From contig OY970166.1 of NCBI GenBank assembly GCA_963706595.1, positions 4,768,001 through 4,832,000 of the forward strand: a stretch of DNA of 64,000 bases, given 5' to 3'. The position numbers and the translations under genes are program-made. Under the pieces are notes generated by a model, which saw only the letters and a list, made by a program, of their open reading frames with translations, ran no database searches and was not told where the DNA came from. Positions within the stretch are counted from its first letter, which is position 1; the number at the start of each line of letters is the position of its first letter. The DNA is from an uncultured cyanobacterium (GTDB lineage Bacteria; Cyanobacteriota; Cyanobacteriia; Cyanobacteriales; Nostocaceae). Of this stretch, positions 1-11,465 are shown piece by piece.

Positions 1-505
1 AATGAACCTCATCCCCCTCAGCGTAAGGATGTAACTCCCATAAACCCCTGTCATTCAATCGAAAACAATCCAAACTCATTTTTTGAGCATCAATCAGCAC
101 ATACTCTTGCAAAGTTGCTATCCGACGATACTGCGTAAACTTACCCCCTCTGTCGTAAGCTTCCGTACCAGGAGAAAGAACCTCAACAATCAGACAAGGA
201 TACTGAATAAACTTAATAGCTTTTTTATCCCTTGGATGACAACTGACAACAACATCTGGATAATGAAATGGACCATTTTGCGATACACCTACTTTTGCAT
301 CTGCAATATTTACACGACATCCTCCCCCGCGTAAGTGTCCTTTTAACGCCGAAGCCAAATTGAAAGCTATATCATTATGAGGAATAGTCCCCCCAGTCAT
401 GGCGAAAACTTCACCATTAATATATTCGTGCTTAACCTCCTGCGTCTCCTCCCATTCCAAATACTCCTGGGGAGACATATAACTTCCTTCTCGACTCGCA
501 ATCAT
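1..505 (-). CDS. Uma2 (DUF820) family putative endonuclease, runs off the window edge
   Basis: Not in the ORF track. My minus-strand translation gives MIASREGSYMSPQEYLEWEETQEVKHEYINGEVFAMTGGTIPHN...YPDVVV...LIVEVLSPGTEAYDRGGKFTQYRRIATLQEYVLID, the typical Uma2 pattern. Confidence 0.92.
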   Translation of the reverse strand, partial: MIASREGSYMSPQEYLEWEETQEVKHEYINGEVFAMTGGTIPHNDIAFNLASALKGHLRGGGCRVNIADAKVGVSQNGPFHYPDVVVSCHPRDKKAIKFIQYPCLIVEVLSPGTEAYDRGGKFTQYRRIATLQEYVLIDAQKMSLDCFRLNDRGLWELHPYAEGDEVH

Positions 506-581
506 AACCCCACCTCGAAAACAACCACCCATCTCAACTCTACCTCTTCCCTCCGCGCCTCTGCGCCTCTGCGTGAGAAAT

Positions 582-2478
582 TCACCCCTGTGTCCTCACA
601 GTCAAAACCTGCGGTGGAGTAGCATCAGGAGGATACAAAAAATCCACCTCAACTTGTCGCCTCTCTCCCCCTTGCATTTCCAACCTCAGCAAAGGTTCAC
701 CAGTTTGTCCCCGTCGCTGTACCAAATGCACATAGCGGGTTCTTTCCACGCCATTATCATCGGGATAACGCACCCTCACCGTTCCCCGAAAAAATACCTG
801 TTCCACCCGTGGCTGTAAAAACAGTAACCTATCACTACCCCCTTCATCCTTCACAGGAGTTTGAATAGATACAGTAACAGTCCGGGTTTGACTGCTAGAA
901 TTACGTAAAGGCAAACTGAGATTGTATTCTATGCCATAGTTACTGTGAGCATAATAAGCCGTATCTACATAGCGTTTCAACATCGGCGCACTCTGAATTT
1001 GCCCAGTACCTGAGAGTAACTAAATGTATAGTCGCCAAAGGATAAGAAAACGCCTGTCCTCGCTGCGGTATCGTCAAATCTGGTACACTAGAATTATCTG
1101 TAATTTGGGCTTGCCATTGCGTCCCTTGGGAGACACCAGCCACCCGACTAAATACTGTGGGTTCTCTGGGAGGATCGAGAGGCGTAGGAATAGCATCGCG
1201 CTTTCCTGCTAAACTGCCAGTATCCAGAAGTCTTTGCCACTGGGCTAAACTGGGCGGAGTACTGCTACTCTGAGATAATTTTGCCATATAAAGCGGGCGA
1301 TCGCTCTCCAATCTAATCATCGTACTGCGACCACTAGAAGATGGCGATCGCACAGGAATCTCTAAATTCGCTAATATTTGGCTTTTCCCTGGTTCTATTA
1401 CCAATGTTTCCGGGAAATTAGCTTGTCTGACACCCCGCAAGACATCATTCATGGTCCGACTACCAGGGCCAGCGTAAACTGTACCTTGGGGATTATCTAC
1501 CATATCCGGCAAACTGATAAACGGTGATTCTCTGGTAAGATAACTAGCAGCTTGTAATACTTGCAATGTTGCAGGTTGATTTCCAGGATTATGGACAATA
1601 ATACCTTGGTAAACCGTGCGGCTTTGAGACGGTGTTTCTGCTCTAACTATATGATGGGCGAAGACATCAAATCTGCCTTGAAAAGAATAATTTAAATGTG
1701 CTTCTGGTGCTTGTTTGCCTTCTGGGGGAAAAGTTGATAGTAAAATGCCGTCAGTTGTCACCAATTCGGGGCTATTACTGTTAAATGTGGGAATAAGATT
1801 CAGTTTTCCTGGTAAACGCCGCACCTCTTGGGGATGAACTTCTATTCCCGCAATATATTCTGGGGGGACAGTGTAGATATTTAACGCCCGACACATTAAA
1901 GCGGCAACTTCCCCTCTTGTAGCACTTTGTAGAGGTTTTAGCTGTTTAATGTTAGGATAATTAACAATAATACTATTAATTGCCCCTTGAGCGATCGCAC
2001 CTTGGGCATAGTTAGGAATTTGCGCCGCATCATCGAAATACTGTCGTAATGTTTGTACTGGGTTAGGTACAGAGTTATAATTTTTCGCCCCAGCTAAGAC
2101 ACCGATAATTTGCGCCCTGGGAATTGCTTGATTTGGTTGAAAAATTTGCCCTGGATAACCAGCAAAGAATCCTTTTTGATAAGCCCTAGCAATAGCTTGA
2201 TTTGCCCAATGATTGGGAGGTACATCTTTAAATATAATGGCTGGGCGCTTTATTGGTGCGTCGGGGAAAGCATTTAACATTAATACAGCTGCTTCGGCGC
2301 GGGTGACGGTTGCATTGGGGCGAAAACTTCCGTCGGGGTAGCCTGTAATTAGTTTGCGTTCTCCTAATTGTTGCAGACAATCTTTTCCCCAGTGGTTTTG
2401 GGTGTCAAGGAAGGCGAGGGTGTGGGTGTGGGATAAGGTTAAGAGAAAGGTGAGTGTTATTAGGATATATCGGTTCAT
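582..2478 (-). CDS. S-layer homology (SLH) + DUF3370-like exported protein, split by a +1 frameshift near 1011
   Basis: Signal peptide and SLH repeats (GYPDGSFRPNATVTRAE). ORFs 940-2493 and 582-983 join as ...VTLGTGQIQSAPMLKRY... if one base is removed. Confidence 0.75.
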
Positions 2479-2641
2479 GATTGTTTCACGCAAAGGCGCA
2501 AAGGCGCAAAGAAGAGAGGAAGAAGAATTACAGCAGGTTGCAGGTATATCAGGTACAAAAGCAATAGTGAAACTCTTGTGGGGTGGGCATCTTGCCCGCC
2601 CTTCTGTACCTCATCAAAATGAAATAATTCGTAATTACGAA

Positions 2642-4715
2642 TTACGAATTACGAATTATTTCTATGATTTCGGTATATTCAAATTCGTTGGGACTTTGCT
2701 TGACTAAGGGGTATCTTTGTCCTGCCAATTGGATATAATTTTGTTCACAATCTGGTTTTGAGGAATAATAGGTAAGTACGTATTCTCTACCTATTCTTTC
2801 TGTCATTTCTTCTTCTACTTCACCTCGCCATTGAGTTTTACTGGCTAAGACAATTAATTGGTTAGCTAATTTGGGAATTGTTCGGGCTATATGTCTCCGT
2901 GACATTTCATCTAAGCTGCCAAAGGGGGAATCCATAACAATAGGAAATGTGCTACTATCGGGAAGCATCATCATTTTGCGTTTTTGACTCCACTCTCTCA
3001 CTTTATCGATGATGCTGGCAATAAAGGATAAGCTGAGAATTTGATTTTCTCCGGTGGAAGCTGCAACTGGTGCTTCTATTCCCGCAGTATGTTCTACTAA
3101 GGTTAATTCATATTTTTCGCTGATTTTGGGAATATATGGTTTGACTGAAAGCTGGTTAAATATTTCTTGGACTCGTTTTTCTAGTTGCAGACGAAATTGT
3201 TTTTCTTGCCGATTTTTAACTTCGGTTAACCGTTCAATTGCATCTTGAGTAGCGTTAATGCGTCGCTGTGCCAATATTTGCCTTTCTTCATTCAGTTTCT
3301 GCTTGGATATTTGTTTACCTAAAGCATCAATTTCTGTTTTTAATTGAATAATTTTCTGCTGGTTTGCACCTTGTTCTCGATTTAATTCATCAATTTTGCT
3401 GGAAATCTCATCTAAGCGTTTTTGTAAACTGCTAATTTCTTCATTCGCATCTTTTCGCAGTTTGTCTTGAAGGTTATCTAATTCACCCTCAACTTGGGAT
3501 ATGGTTTCTCTTAACTGCTTAATTCTGGCTTGTTCTCTATCAACTTCTTCCCAAAAAGCCGCAGCTTGTTTATCAATTTCATCGACTTGAACACCCATGC
3601 GAATAGCGGTTTCTTCAACGGCGGAAGAACCAGCTTTATCTAGCCAAGTTCGGACATTTTCATGATTATCACGTACCTGCACTTAAGTCTGCACCACAAA
3701 TACAACGCTGGGATTTTAATAATTCGTTGACAAATTCTCGTGAAATTCCAGAGGTTAACTCACCTCGCTGTTTTAAGTCATCAATGATTTGCCGAAATTG
3801 TGATGTCGTCTCCCCCAGCAATACTGTATAACCCCGTGAGGAAATGATTTTTTTTAGGGCTTCTTTATTTTTCTTGAATGCTTCCTGGTTTTCGGCTTTC
3901 TGCAATTCTAAATTTTGCCATCTGTCTTCTATTTCTTTGGCTTTGACAAGTTCCAATAAACGGTTACTTGTCTCTTTTTTAAAGGTTTGCTGATATTCTA
4001 ACTCTTGTTTAATTTCTGTTTGGCGGTTGGTGAGGCGTTCACTTTCTTGTTCTATCTGTTCTTGCTGTTTTAGCAGTTTCTTCGTTTCTGCATCACCAAT
4101 GGCTTTCAACTCATTCTCTAAAGTTTTTTTCGCTTCTCCTAAATGTCGAATAGAACGGTTAATCACTTCTACACCCAAGAAAATCTTAGTCGCTTCCGCA
4201 ATTTCAGCTTTTTTATCAGAACGCACTATTTCTTCTATCCGTTCACCGTCAAAGAAAAAATATTGATGTAAACTTGCAGGTAAAATCTGATTAATAATAT
4301 CATCTGGCTGTTGTGGTGGTAAATACCATTTACCATCATCTTCACCTACCCACATCCGTAACTCGGTTTTACCAGCTTCAAAGTCACTGTCATTTTTATA
4401 AACCCGACAGGAACGTTTAACTTTGTAGCGTTTACCTTCGTGTTCCCAACCAACTTCTACCCAACATTCTACGGGTTGACCTTTTTGGGCTTCAGCAATG
4501 GAACGCTTATTAACTAACTGTTCGGCGGAGGCGAAAGCGGCACTAAATTTTTCATATAATACCCAAGTGAAGGCATTGAGTAAACTGGTTTTTCCAGAAC
4601 CGTTATTACCATGAATAATTGTGGTGTTCAGAGTATATCCCACCGCGAGGAGTATTTCTGGGGTTGTACCATAAAAGGAGCGAAAGTTGCACAGCTTAAT
4701 TGAAGTCAGCTTCAT
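2642..4715 (-). CDS. SMC/Rad50-like (DndD-like) ABC ATPase, ~690 aa, split by a +1 frameshift near 3672
   Basis: Walker A GNNGSGKTS, FFFDGE, coiled coils with central CICG zinc-hook motif, signature STGENQ, Walker B MDSPFGSLD. The two ORFs join as AGTDNHENV on removing one base. Confidence 0.85.
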
Positions 4716-4885
4716 TGCACTTCTTCCTTGACAATATCTAATATCTCTTCGTTAATATGGCTATTGATTTTTTTATCTAGTCTGCCTTTTTCCAATTTCC
4801 AAACTCGCTCAATAATCTGTCGCACTTCTGGCGACGCACTGGAAATTGGTTCCTGCACATCTTCAATATTTGTGTCTGGGAGCAT
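4712..4885 (-). CDS. Small helical hypothetical protein (~57 aa) translationally coupled to the ATPase
   Basis: ATGA stop/start overlap with the ATPase at 4712-4715. Confidence 0.7.
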   Translation of the reverse strand: MLPDTNIEDVQEPISSASPEVRQIIERVWKLEKGRLDKKINSHINEEILDIVKEEVQ

Positions 4886-5269
4886 TTGGCGGCTTTTCAA
4901 TAGGTTTTCTTTATATTTTAGCTGCTAGAAGTCCTGCATTTACATCCGTGAAGCTACTATTACTCTTGGTTTTAGGTATTGCGGGAATTTTTGCAATTTA
5001 TTGCCGAAAAAAAAGAAAGCTTTATTTTGCGTTTTGGGTGTGGTAGATTAAAGATAGATTTACATTATAATCGGATGCAGGCTAAATTTTTAGAGCAAGC
5101 TACATCCCATTATGATCAACCTTAATATTATTCTCCCACACTTTCTGCTATTTACTACAAATTTTAAAAAATTTTTTGTTAAAGAGGAACGAACCGCCTT
5201 CGCGCAGCGTATGCCCCTTGGGCTTTAGGCGCAAAGAACGCCAAGAAAGAGGAGGAGGAGGAAGTATGA

Positions 5270-6745
5270 TCAAATATCTAATAATCCGTAACGTTTTTGT
5301 AAGTTGAGTAGTTTCATTCTGGCTTCGCCGGCGTTATCGGCTAAGTCGGCAAATTCTACGAAGCGGCGTAGTTCTTTTTTTAAGAGGTTGCGTTCTATTT
5401 CTATGGTTTCTCTATCTAGGTCTGGTGGTAGGACTATCATATCGAAGATGGTGGCGCGTTCTTTACCAATGTGAGGACGTAATACTCTCCCCCGGCGCTG
5501 AATGAATTGGCGCGGGTTTCCAGAACTTGATAAAATTACGGCTGTTTGAATGGCTGGTATATCAACTCCTTCGTCTAAACAGCGTATTGCGACTAAACCT
5601 TGCAATTCTCCACTTTCAAATTGACAGCGTAAGGTTTCCCGTTCTTTGAGGGAAGTGTGGGCGGTGTAGGTGCTGACTCTATATCCTAAGTCTACACCGA
5701 GAATTTTGGCTACGGCTTTGAGTTGACGCAAGGATGAACGTTGTCCGGTTTCTTGGGAACCATCGCTACAGTAAAATAATGTGTGGGTGCTTTCTCGCCG
5801 AGTTGTCATTAATTCTCGCAAAGCGGTTAATTTATTTTCTGCTGTACCAATTAATCTGGCGCGTTGCATTAATAAGGGTTTTAAGTCTTCGTTGTCTTCA
5901 AAGTTTCTGGCTTCGCCATTTTCTCGTTCTCTATATAATAGAGCGCGCCCAATTTTTTTGGTTAACTTTAAATAAGCCAGACTTTCCGCTTCAGTCAGTT
6001 CTACAAGTATGGGATAATACAAATAATGTACTAAAGCCCCTTGAGCGATCGCATCCTTTAAGTTAAACTCTGGTTGTAGCACTGAACCAAAGTAATCAAA
6101 TAACGATTGCGTGCCATAATCATCAAAATATCTTTCTGGTGTCGCGGATAAAGCCAGTCGTAACCCCACCCGACGCGGTAAATTTTCTTCTAATTTCGGT
6201 GCGCCTAAATTATGCGCCTCATCACCAATAATTAATGTTTTGGCAGGAAAATACTTCATTTGGGACTGAAAACCATCACCAATTAATGTGGAGTTGGTAG
6301 TAATTACCGTGAGAAAGTTTTGCGAACCGGAACGCAGATTATACAGTTGGGTAGACAGTTGACTTTGCCAAGTGCGTAAATTCTCGAAAGCTAAGATAGG
6401 CTGTAAATTAAACTTCTCACATTCTCGCGCCCATTGGGTGACAAGATGACGATAAGGACACACCACTAATAACACTTGTAAGTTAATTTGCTGGTATAAT
6501 TCACAGGCGATCGCTAAAGCTGTAATAGTCTTACCACTACCAGTAGCCATTTTCAGCGTTCCTCTACCATTGTTAGCAAACCAGCTAGTAATAGCCTGTC
6601 GCTGATATGGACGTAATTGCAGAGATGCAGGCAAAATTGGACATCCTGGTAATGGTTGACGAGTTTGATAACTCCCCTGACGTTCCCTCACAAATGGAAC
6701 TTTTAGCCTAAAAGTAGATTGTTCCTGTACTAAATAATTAATCAT
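5270..6745 (-). CDS. Superfamily 2 DEAH helicase / ResIII-like protein, resembling the phosphorothioation-linked restriction enzyme family
   Basis: LRPYQ Q-motif, MATGSGKT, DEAH, SAT, LDEGVDIP, QRRGRVLR. Family assignment is from recall and from the neighbouring DndD-like ATPase. Confidence 0.8.
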   Translation of the reverse strand: MINYLVQEQSTFRLKVPFVRERQGSYQTRQPLPGCPILPASLQLRPYQRQAITSWFANNGRGTLKMATGSGKTITALAIACELYQQINLQVLLVVCPYRHLVTQWARECEKFNLQPILAFENLRTWQSQLSTQLYNLRSGSQNFLTVITTNSTLIGDGFQSQMKYFPAKTLIIGDEAHNLGAPKLEENLPRRVGLRLALSATPERYFDDYGTQSLFDYFGSVLQPEFNLKDAIAQGALVHYLYYPILVELTEAESLAYLKLTKKIGRALLYRERENGEARNFEDNEDLKPLLMQRARLIGTAENKLTALRELMTTRRESTHTLFYCSDGSQETGQRSSLRQLKAVAKILGVDLGYRVSTYTAHTSLKERETLRCQFESGELQGLVAIRCLDEGVDIPAIQTAVILSSSGNPRQFIQRRGRVLRPHIGKERATIFDMIVLPPDLDRETIEIERNLLKKELRRFVEFADLADNAGEARMKLLNLQKRYGLLDI

Positions 6746-6836
6746 CAGTTATTAGTCATTGGTTATTGGGAAGTTACCCTCTTCTCCCCCCTGCACCCTG
6801 CACCCTGCACCCCTGCCTCTTCCCCCCACTCCCCAA

Positions 6837-7439
6837 TTAATAACCGCGCCAAACTCCCACCAGAGAACCCTGCACCTGCACTTGTGTAGCGAGTACCTCT
6901 ATGGGCTTATACTTAGGATTTGCAGGTTTGAGGGTGACGCGATCGCCTTGGCGATAAAAACGTTTTAAAGTAGTACCATAGCCATCAACTCTCGCAGCGA
7001 CAATAGTTCCATTCTTTAACTGGTCTGGTTCTAAGACTGGATGCAGAAATACCAAATCGCCATCAGCAATTAAATCTTCAATCATGCTATCGCCCGCTAC
7101 CCGTAAACCGTAGCTTTGGGGAGGTAAAGAAATATTAGAAAAGTCTAAATGGTCTATAGCATCAGTAAACGGTTCAATTAAACCACCAGCCGCAATTGTG
7201 CCTAAAATGGGAATACCTTGCTTAACAGGATGCAAAATCCGAATCGTTCGCGCCTTTCCTTCATTCCAATCTATATAGCCTTTAGTACGTAAATGTTCTA
7301 AACGACTTTGAATCGGTGCAGGCGATTTCAGCTTCATTGCTTCCATCATTTGCCGAATGGAAGGAGAATACTGGTGAATTTTGATATATTCTACCAACCA
7401 ATCGTATAATTCTTGTTGAGCTTCTGTGAGACGTTCCAT
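6837..7439 (-). CDS. lexA: SOS transcriptional repressor LexA
   Basis: N-terminal wHTH (LTEAQQELYDWL...PSIRQM), Ala-Gly cleavage site IAAGG, catalytic Ser (GDSM) and Lys (TLKR). Confidence 0.97.
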   Translation of the reverse strand: MERLTEAQQELYDWLVEYIKIHQYSPSIRQMMEAMKLKSPAPIQSRLEHLRTKGYIDWNEGKARTIRILHPVKQGIPILGTIAAGGLIEPFTDAIDHLDFSNISLPPQSYGLRVAGDSMIEDLIADGDLVFLHPVLEPDQLKNGTIVAARVDGYGTTLKRFYRQGDRVTLKPANPKYKPIEVLATQVQVQGSLVGVWRGY

Positions 7440-7471
7440 AAATTTATCGGGAATTAAATACAAATGCCTTT

Positions 7472-7485
7472 AGAACATTAGTACT
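7472..7485 (-). promoter_or_regulatory. LexA box upstream of lexA (autorepression)
   Basis: AGTACTAATGTTCT on the minus strand, an exact match to the Anabaena consensus RGTACNNNDGTWCB, 32 bp before the ATG. Confidence 0.9.
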
Positions 7486-7527
7486 ACAAAAAATCCCAGA
7501 TAACAAGATAAAAGTAAAAATATGAAA

Positions 7528-7560
7528 GGCAAAAGAAAGATAAATCTCTTTGCTTTTGCC
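7528..7560 (-). terminator. Probable intrinsic terminator after argF
   Basis: GGCAAAAG...CTTTTGCC stem followed by a T-rich tract on the minus strand. Confidence 0.5.
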
Positions 7561-7570
7561 CGATAAGTTT

Positions 7571-8492
7571 TTACTCTGCGCCTAAAATACTAGCAAGCAA
7601 AGCTTTTTGGGCGTGTAAGCGATTTTCGGCTTGTTCCCAAACTCGCGACTGAGAACCTTCTAAAACTGCTTCGGTAATTTCTTCACCACGATGGGCTGGT
7701 AAGCAGTGTAAAACAATTGCCTCTCGGTCAGCAAGACTTAATAACTCTTCAGAAATTTGATAAGGTTGAAAAATTGGTAAGCGATTATCAGCTTCTGTTT
7801 CTTGCCCCATACTTGCCCAAACATCAGTGTAAAGCACAGCAGAACCCTTGGCGGCTAATTCTGGGTCATGAGTCAGCATCACTTCAGTTTTATCACCTGC
7901 AATGGCTCGTGCTTGTTCTACAATACTCAAATCAGGTTCATATCCTGGAGGGGTGGCAATTCTCACATTCATTCCGGCCAAAGCGCAACCTAGCATGAGC
8001 GAATTAGCGACATTATTACCATCACCGACGTAGGTCAAAGTTAAACCAGAGATATCACCAAAGCATTCTTGAATGGTCAATAAATCAGCTAATATCTGAC
8101 AAGGATGTTCTAAATCGGTAAGAGCATTAATTACAGGAATCTTGGCGTAACTAGCAAAAGTTTCCAAATCTTGCTGTGCAAAGGTGCGAATTGCTAAAAC
8201 ATCTAAATATCGGTCTAATACCCGTGCTGTATCCTGCAAAGGTTCGCCACGACTAACTTGAGTCACATTAGGGTTAAGGTCAATTACCTGTCCACCCAAT
8301 TGGTACATTGCTACTGTAAAACTGACTCGCGTGCGAGTTGAGGCTTTAGAGAATAACAAACCCAACACCTTGTTGCAATGCAACTTCAACTTCTTGTGAT
8401 TTGAGTTGGGTTGCTAGTTGCAGGAGTTCTTGAAGTTCCTGGGGACTGAAGTCCGCTAGACTTAATAAATCTCGTCCTATCAACGCTGCCAT
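7571..8492 (-). CDS. argF: Ornithine carbamoyltransferase, split by a +1 frameshift near 8393
   Basis: GRDLLSLAD N-terminus in one frame; STRT, HPCQ and HCLP motifs in the next. Joining gives 306 aa. Confidence 0.93.
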
Positions 8493-8818
8493 GCTTCCGA
8501 TTTGTAAAGAACAATCATCTATTTCTGTTCCTTGACCTAGCTGGGTCAAAAAAAGTACAGTTTTAAACCTGTACCTCATATTTTTGCATCCAGCCCAGTA
8601 TTTGAGTTAGTTTTTGCTATGCATATTAATTTAGCAACTTTACCAGTAATTCAAATCACTAATATTTTCGGGTTGACTGCGCTTTCATCACACCGTTAAC
8701 TATAGGTTCCCCGGTCAGGATATCAATAAATATTTTTTTTGCCCTTGACTATAGACAATCAAATTATATATGCTAAAATAGGAAGTCGGTTAACGCGTTG
8801 AACGCAATAACCATGCTC

Positions 8819-8890
8819 GCCAGCATAGCACAGTGGTAGTGCATCCGACTTGTAATCGGAAGGTCGTCGGTTCAAATCCGACTGCTGGCT
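8819..8890 (+). tRNA. tRNA-Thr (anticodon TGT)
   Basis: Acceptor stem GCCAGCA/TGCTGGC, anticodon arm TCCGA-CTTGTAA-TCGGA, T-arm GTCGG-TTCAAAT-CCGAC. Extended -10 TGcTAAAAT at 8771-8779. Confidence 0.97.
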
Positions 8891-8956
8891 TTGGTGTACA
8901 TTCGCACATTATATGTCGCAGTTCGCAAAAATTCTGCCGTAAATTCAAATTCTTCG

Positions 8957-9340
8957 TCAATACTCACCGATTTTGAGAGTTACCTCCAATGGAACCCATT
9001 TATGAGGGAGGCTGAGGGTGAGATTAAGAAAGGACAAAAATTAACCGTTTTTATTCAGCCTTCAGAGAGTGGAGGAATGAAGTTTAAACCTACTATCTTA
9101 GGATCTGAGACAAATCGAGAACTGCGCTGGCGAGGTAGTCTTCCCATCCCTGGATTATTTACAGGTGAGCATATTTTTACGATTAAACAATTAGACAAAA
9201 ATCGATTCCAGTTCATTTACCGATAAATCTTTTCTGGTTTATTGATTCCCTGGATGAAAAAATCGCTGAATACAGATACTAACAAGGGTTTTCAATCAAT
9301 GAATCAGGCGTTAAAAATCCAAGCAGAAAGTATCACCTAG
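8957..9340 (+). pseudogene. SRPBCC (polyketide cyclase/START-like) gene remnant
   Basis: ILTDFESYLQWNPF...ELRWRG...GEHIF. In-frame TAA at 9224-9226, after which the frame continues IFSGLLIP...GFQSMNQALK to TAG at 9340. No normal N-terminus or ATG. Confidence 0.75.
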
Positions 9341-9363
9341 TTGATTCAAATAGGAACTGTTGC

Positions 9364-10650
9364 ATGGCTAATACAGACGCAAACCCAAAGCAGCCACTAT
9401 TACCAGCGCTGAGGTCAAGAAACTATCGTCTGTTTTTCGCCGGACAAGGCCTTTCCTTGATTGGTTCATGGATGACACATATTGCCACAATTTGGCTAGT
9501 ATATTATTTAACTAACTCCCCAATCATGTTGGGAATTGTGGGATTTTGTAGTCAAATTCCTAGCTTTTTTATTGCACCTTTTGGTGGAGTCTTTGTAGAT
9601 CGGTTTTCGCGATATCGGACTTTAATTGGGACACAAATATTTTCGATGATTCAGTCATTAGCCTTAGCAGTGCTGGCGTTAACTGGGACGATTCAGGTAT
9701 GGCATATTATCGGCTTAAGCTTGTTCCAAGGTTTAATTAACTCAGTCGATTCACCCGCGCGACAAGCATTTGCGCCCGAATTAGTGGAACGGAGAGAAGA
9801 TTTAGCCAATGCGATCGCGATGAATTCAACTATGATTAATACAGCGCAATTAATTGGTCCAGCAGTGGGAGGTTTACTCATAGCCAGTATTGGTGCTGCT
9901 TATTGTTTCTTAATTGATGGATTGAGCTATATTGCTGTCATCAGTGCTTTATTGGCAATGAATATTAAACCCAGGCAAATTGCAGTAACAATCGGTAATC
10001 CTTTCCAAAAAGTGGCAGAGGTATTTGTTTATGCTTTTAATTTTCCAGCAATTAGAGCTATATTATTATTATCAGCCTTAGTCAGTTTTATGGGACTGCA
10101 ATATACAATTCTGCTGACAATTTTTGCCGAAGATATTCTCAAAGGTAGTGCCGAAACATTGGGATTTTTGATGACCGCATCAGGAATTGGAGCTTCATCT
10201 GGTGGTATTTATCTAGCTACACGCAGAACAATCATCGGAATTGGTAAATTAATTGCCTTAGCACCAGCAATTTTAGGAATTAGTCTAATTGCTTTTTCCT
10301 TATCTCGGTTTTTACCCCTTTCTTTATTCATCATGCTGTTCGTGGGCTTGGGAACAATTCTACAAATCGCTGCTAGCAATACATTTCTCCAAACAATTGT
10401 CGAAGATGATAAACGTGGGCGATTGATGAGCTTATACACAATGTCATTTTTAGGCATTTTACCTTTAGGAAATCTAGTAGGTGGCTTCTTAGCAAATCGC
10501 ATCGGCGCACCTAACACATTAATTATTGATGGTATAGTTTGTATTTTAGGATTTATATTTTTTTACAAAAAACTCCCTGTATTAAAGCAAGCTATTCGTG
10601 CAGTTTATGAACAAAAAAGCATTGTATTAATTAAAAACCCTGCCCAATAA
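9364..10650 (+). CDS. MFS transporter
   Basis: 428 aa with ~12 hydrophobic segments and motif A-like GVFVDRFSRYR. Confidence 0.9.
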   Translation: MANTDANPKQPLLPALRSRNYRLFFAGQGLSLIGSWMTHIATIWLVYYLTNSPIMLGIVGFCSQIPSFFIAPFGGVFVDRFSRYRTLIGTQIFSMIQSLALAVLALTGTIQVWHIIGLSLFQGLINSVDSPARQAFAPELVERREDLANAIAMNSTMINTAQLIGPAVGGLLIASIGAAYCFLIDGLSYIAVISALLAMNIKPRQIAVTIGNPFQKVAEVFVYAFNFPAIRAILLLSALVSFMGLQYTILLTIFAEDILKGSAETLGFLMTASGIGASSGGIYLATRRTIIGIGKLIALAPAILGISLIAFSLSRFLPLSLFIMLFVGLGTILQIAASNTFLQTIVEDDKRGRLMSLYTMSFLGILPLGNLVGGFLANRIGAPNTLIIDGIVCILGFIFFYKKLPVLKQAIRAVYEQKSIVLIKNPAQ

Positions 10651-10729
10651 ATTTTAGGTAGTCAAAGAAAAGGGCATAGGGAGTTGATTTAATTTGTTGC
10701 GAGACTGGAAACCGCTAAACAACCAGTCC

Positions 10730-11389
10730 TCACGAAATGGCAGGTTCATCGGTTGTTTTTAACCGTTGCAAAAATTGTTCAATTTGAAAAACTCTGTCAT
10801 TTCTACTTTGTGATTTAAAGATATCTAAAGCTTTTTCTAAAGCAGCTATCCCCTCATTTTTTTGATTGCTTTGTAAAAGTGCCACGGCTGAATTAGCCAG
10901 AGCATCGGCATATTTAGGATTAATTGCTAAAGCTTTCTGATATGCTGTAATAGCTTCTTCCCAACGACTTTGACTAGCATAAACTAGACCAATACCGTTG
11001 TAAGCCAGAGCATGATTTGAATTGAAGCGAATGGCTTCTTGATAAGCCTTGATAGCCTCCTCTGCCTTATCTTGTCGAAATAAGACATTTCCTAATTCAA
11101 AGTGTCCAAAGGCGTATCTGGGGAATCTCTTAATTAATTTGCGTAAGTTTTCTTCTGCACCTGCGAAATCGCCCTGACTGGATAAACTTTTAGCTTGTTG
11201 TATCAGTTGCGATCGCTCTTCTGGCTGTGAACCGCCAAATTGAGCTATTTTTTCAACTCTACTGTTGACACGTTCGGGTGAATTGACAGGGACTTTTCCA
11301 GGATGCGCTAATGCTAATGGTGATAGAGCAATTGTAGTGACAATACTCAGCGTTATGTAGCTCAGAGTGGGAAAAAATCCTGATTTCAT
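10730..11389 (-). CDS. Exported TPR-repeat protein
   Basis: Signal peptide plus successive TPRs (AYNGIGLVYASQSRWEEAITAYQKALAINP). Confidence 0.88.
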   Translation of the reverse strand: MKSGFFPTLSYITLSIVTTIALSPLALAHPGKVPVNSPERVNSRVEKIAQFGGSQPEERSQLIQQAKSLSSQGDFAGAEENLRKLIKRFPRYAFGHFELGNVLFRQDKAEEAIKAYQEAIRFNSNHALAYNGIGLVYASQSRWEEAITAYQKALAINPKYADALANSAVALLQSNQKNEGIAALEKALDIFKSQSRNDRVFQIEQFLQRLKTTDEPAIS

Positions 11390-11465
11390 TTGGCTATTTA
11401 CCTCAATAATGTTCTATAGGTTCAAAATGAGTAGATATGGAGTAGGAAAGAAGAATCACCGATGA

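Noticed and set aside
2642..6745. Complete DNA phosphorothioation (dnd) system
   Set aside because: No DndC (PAPS reductase-like), DndB, DndE or cysteine desulfurase visible here.
8380..8400. Programmed ribosomal frameshift in argF or the other split genes
   Set aside because: No slippery heptamer or stimulatory structure seen; several unrelated genes show the same kind of lesion.
8895..8925. dif-like site after tRNA-Thr (TTCGCACATTATATGTCGCA)
   Set aside because: Only vague resemblance; lacks a convincing XerD arm (TTATGTTAAAT).
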